Source: a virus (Duplodnaviria > Caudoviricetes). From it: a stretch of DNA of 24,499 nt. The translations under genes were made by a program, and so were the position numbers. Position 1 is the first letter of the stretch. Every line of letters starts with the position of its first letter. The notes beneath the pieces were generated by a model. It ran no database searches, was not told the origin of the DNA, and saw only the letters and a program-made list of their open reading frames with translations. Below, in pieces: positions 22,767 to 24,499 of this stretch. The stretch covers positions 1 through 24,499 of IMG/VR virus record IMGVR_UViG_3300016471_000105; one strand, given 5' to 3'.

Positions 22767-24499
22767 TTAATAAAGCGCTGCCAGCGCCGTACTCTTTAAG
22801 ACAGTCCAGTTTGACCCTGAAGGGACAGTCACACTCACACCACTCGCTACTGTGATTGGCCCTATGCCAATTGCATTGGCCGTGTTTGCAATCGTATAGT
22901 TTGCCGTAATACTTGTTAAGTATTCAAGCTGAGAAGAAGAACCGCCGCCCCCACCACCTGTTGCTGTCAATGTTCCTGCAACTAAACTTAACCCCGAGCC
23001 AACATTAACATTAGAAAATCCACTTGCACCATCGTTAGCAAGCAACTGCGAACTTGTACCCGTAGGAGCTGGTGCAGCACCTAACGTGTTGTAGGAAAGT
23101 GTAACGGCTGTAGAACCATTAAAGGTTGTCCCAGACGCCGCACCAGAACCCGAATTGTTCAGTGTCAAGGCATTGGTTGTTGTGCCGCCACCGCCTCCTG
23201 TTGCGCTAAGTGTGCCTGTGGAAAACGATAGCCCGCTACCAATGGTGACATTAGAAAAACCACCCGAACCATCACCGTACAAAATTGATGTTCCGCTTGT
23301 GGCCGGAGCGTAATCGGTTCCTGAAGTAGCTGTAGTAAATCCCGATCCGTTACCTTTAAGAATGCCATTCAATGATGTTGTAACGGCTAACGTACCCGAG
23401 TTTGTAACAGGCGATCCGGTCACTGAAAAGCCTGTTGGCATCGTCAGACCCACTGACGTTACGGTTCCCGTTCCTGTTGGCGTATCCCAAGCAAAAGCAG
23501 TTCCATTCCATTTCAGGTAAGTGTTGCTAACCGTTGGTGCAGTGGCAAAGGTTGTGGTTGACGTACCAGATTGGTAAAGCAATTGATTTGCCGCACCGCT
23601 TGCGATACTCGCTGCGGTTCCTGTTGTGTTTTGATTTAGCGTAGGAACATCAGCCGCTACCAAGGCCCTAAATGTCGGAACTCCAGATGAGCCATTAGGA
23701 GAGGCTAGGACATAGTTAGCAGTCTTACTCGCGTAAGGATTCTGCGTATCACCGTAACCAGAGGCAAGACTGATCGCAGGAGTCGATCCACCGCTTGAAT
23801 TGACAGGAGCGCTTCCAGTTACAGAAGTAACGCCACCGGCAGAAGTATCCCAAGTAAACGCCGTTCCATTCCATTTAAGAAAGGTATCAGTGACTGTTGG
23901 GGTAGTAATAAACGATGTCGTATTTGCGGCAGTCTGGTAAACAATCCGATTAGTGCCGCCACCAAAAATTGCAGCCGTTTGTGCTGACTGACCAGAAATA
24001 TCAATTGCCCATGTACCAGTTGCATTGGCACCGGTAATTGATGGCGCTCCAACTGTGTTATAGCTGATCGTCCTTGCTACGGAACCATCAAACGTCGTAC
24101 CCGATGCTGCGCCCGACCCAGAATTATTAAAGGTAGCAGGATTAGTAGTCGTTCCACCACCACCACTTGCGGCTGCCCAGGCAAAAGTAGCACCACTCCA
24201 TTGCAGGAAGGTTGAGGCAGTCGTAGGAGCATCAATAAATGACGTAGCACCCGCAGAGGTTTGCACCGCAATCTTGTTTGCTGCACCACCGGCAAGATTG
24301 GTTGCGGTGGTAGCAGAGGTTGCGGATGTAGCCGTTGCCGCATTGATATTCCACGAGCCTGAAGCACCTGTCCCATTGTTTGCAGGAACGTCTAAGTTTG
24401 TACGAGCACCCGCTGCTGTAGACGCTCCAGTGCCACCGTCCGCAATGGCAAGGTCTGTGATGCCTGAGATTGACCCGCCGGAAATAGAAACGGAATTTG
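22767..24499 (-). CDS. Long tail fibre protein, 5' end beyond window
   Basis: Frame is open to the window end (NSVSISGGSISGITDLAIADGGTGASTAAGARTNL...); GGTGA..A..ARTNL fibre motif; internal repeats. Confidence 0.85.
   Translation of the reverse strand, partial: NSVSISGGSISGITDLAIADGGTGASTAAGARTNLDVPANNGTGASGSWNINAATATSATSATTATNLAGGAANKIAVQTSAGATSFIDAPTTASTFLQWSGATFAWAAASGGGGTTTNPATFNNSGSGAASGTTFDGSVARTISYNTVGAPSITGANATGTWAIDISGQSAQTAAIFGGGTNRIVYQTAANTTSFITTPTVTDTFLKWNGTAFTWDTSAGGVTSVTGSAPVNSSGGSTPAISLASGYGDTQNPYASKTANYVLASPNGSSGVPTFRALVAADVPTLNQNTTGTAASIASGAANQLLYQSGTSTTTFATAPTVSNTYLKWNGTAFAWDTPTGTGTVTSVGLTMPTGFSVTGSPVTNSGTLAVTTSLNGILKGNGSGFTTATSGTDYAPATSGTSILYGDGSGGFSNVTIGSGLSFSTGTLSATGGGGGTTTNALTLNNSGSGAASGTTFNGSTAVTLSYNTLGAAPAPTGTSSQLLANDGASGFSNVNVGSGLSLVAGTLTATGGGGGGSSSQLEYLTSITANYTIANTANAIGIGPITVASGVSVTVPSGSNWTVLKSTALAALY

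Noticed and set aside
20300-24499. Diversity-generating retroelement or invertible fibre cassette
   Set aside because: No reverse transcriptase or invertase in window; repeat copies differ at synonymous positions of all bases, not only adenines; all genes share one orientation
1-24499. Stop-codon reassignment
   Set aside because: Core genes are intact in code 11, and TAA, TGA and TAG all end genes at plausible junctions

Overview
A gene-dense segment of a tailed dsDNA phage, probably podovirus-like. The embedded Rz/Rz1 spanins indicate a Gram-negative host. Left part (minus strand): start of the major capsid gene, scaffold, a repeat-rich Pro/Thr protein, portal, TerL, TerS, a ParB-DNA methyltransferase fusion, a cluster of small Lys-rich proteins and two glycosyltransferases. 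Middle: a C5 cytosine methyltransferase with a nearly full-length second ORF in the +1 frame, a replication-initiator-like protein apparently lacking its N-terminal DNA-binding domain, a ~560-nt strongly structured non-coding region behind a symmetric bidirectional promoter, a PD-(D/E)XK nuclease, and a plus-strand recombination operon (ERF, NinB-like, DUF1364-like, YqaJ, mini SSB-like). Right part (minus strand): lysis cassette with an inserted metallophosphoesterase, an HNH-AP2 endonuclease, a 2OG-Fe(II) oxygenase and a chain of fibre/Gly-rich adhesin genes running off the end. No integrase, CI repressor, polymerase, primase or helicase is recognisable. The best candidates for new biology are the structured RNA/G-tract region with the truncated initiator, the dual-frame methyltransferase, and a possible virion glycosylation module. 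All family assignments are by motif recognition; no searches were run.
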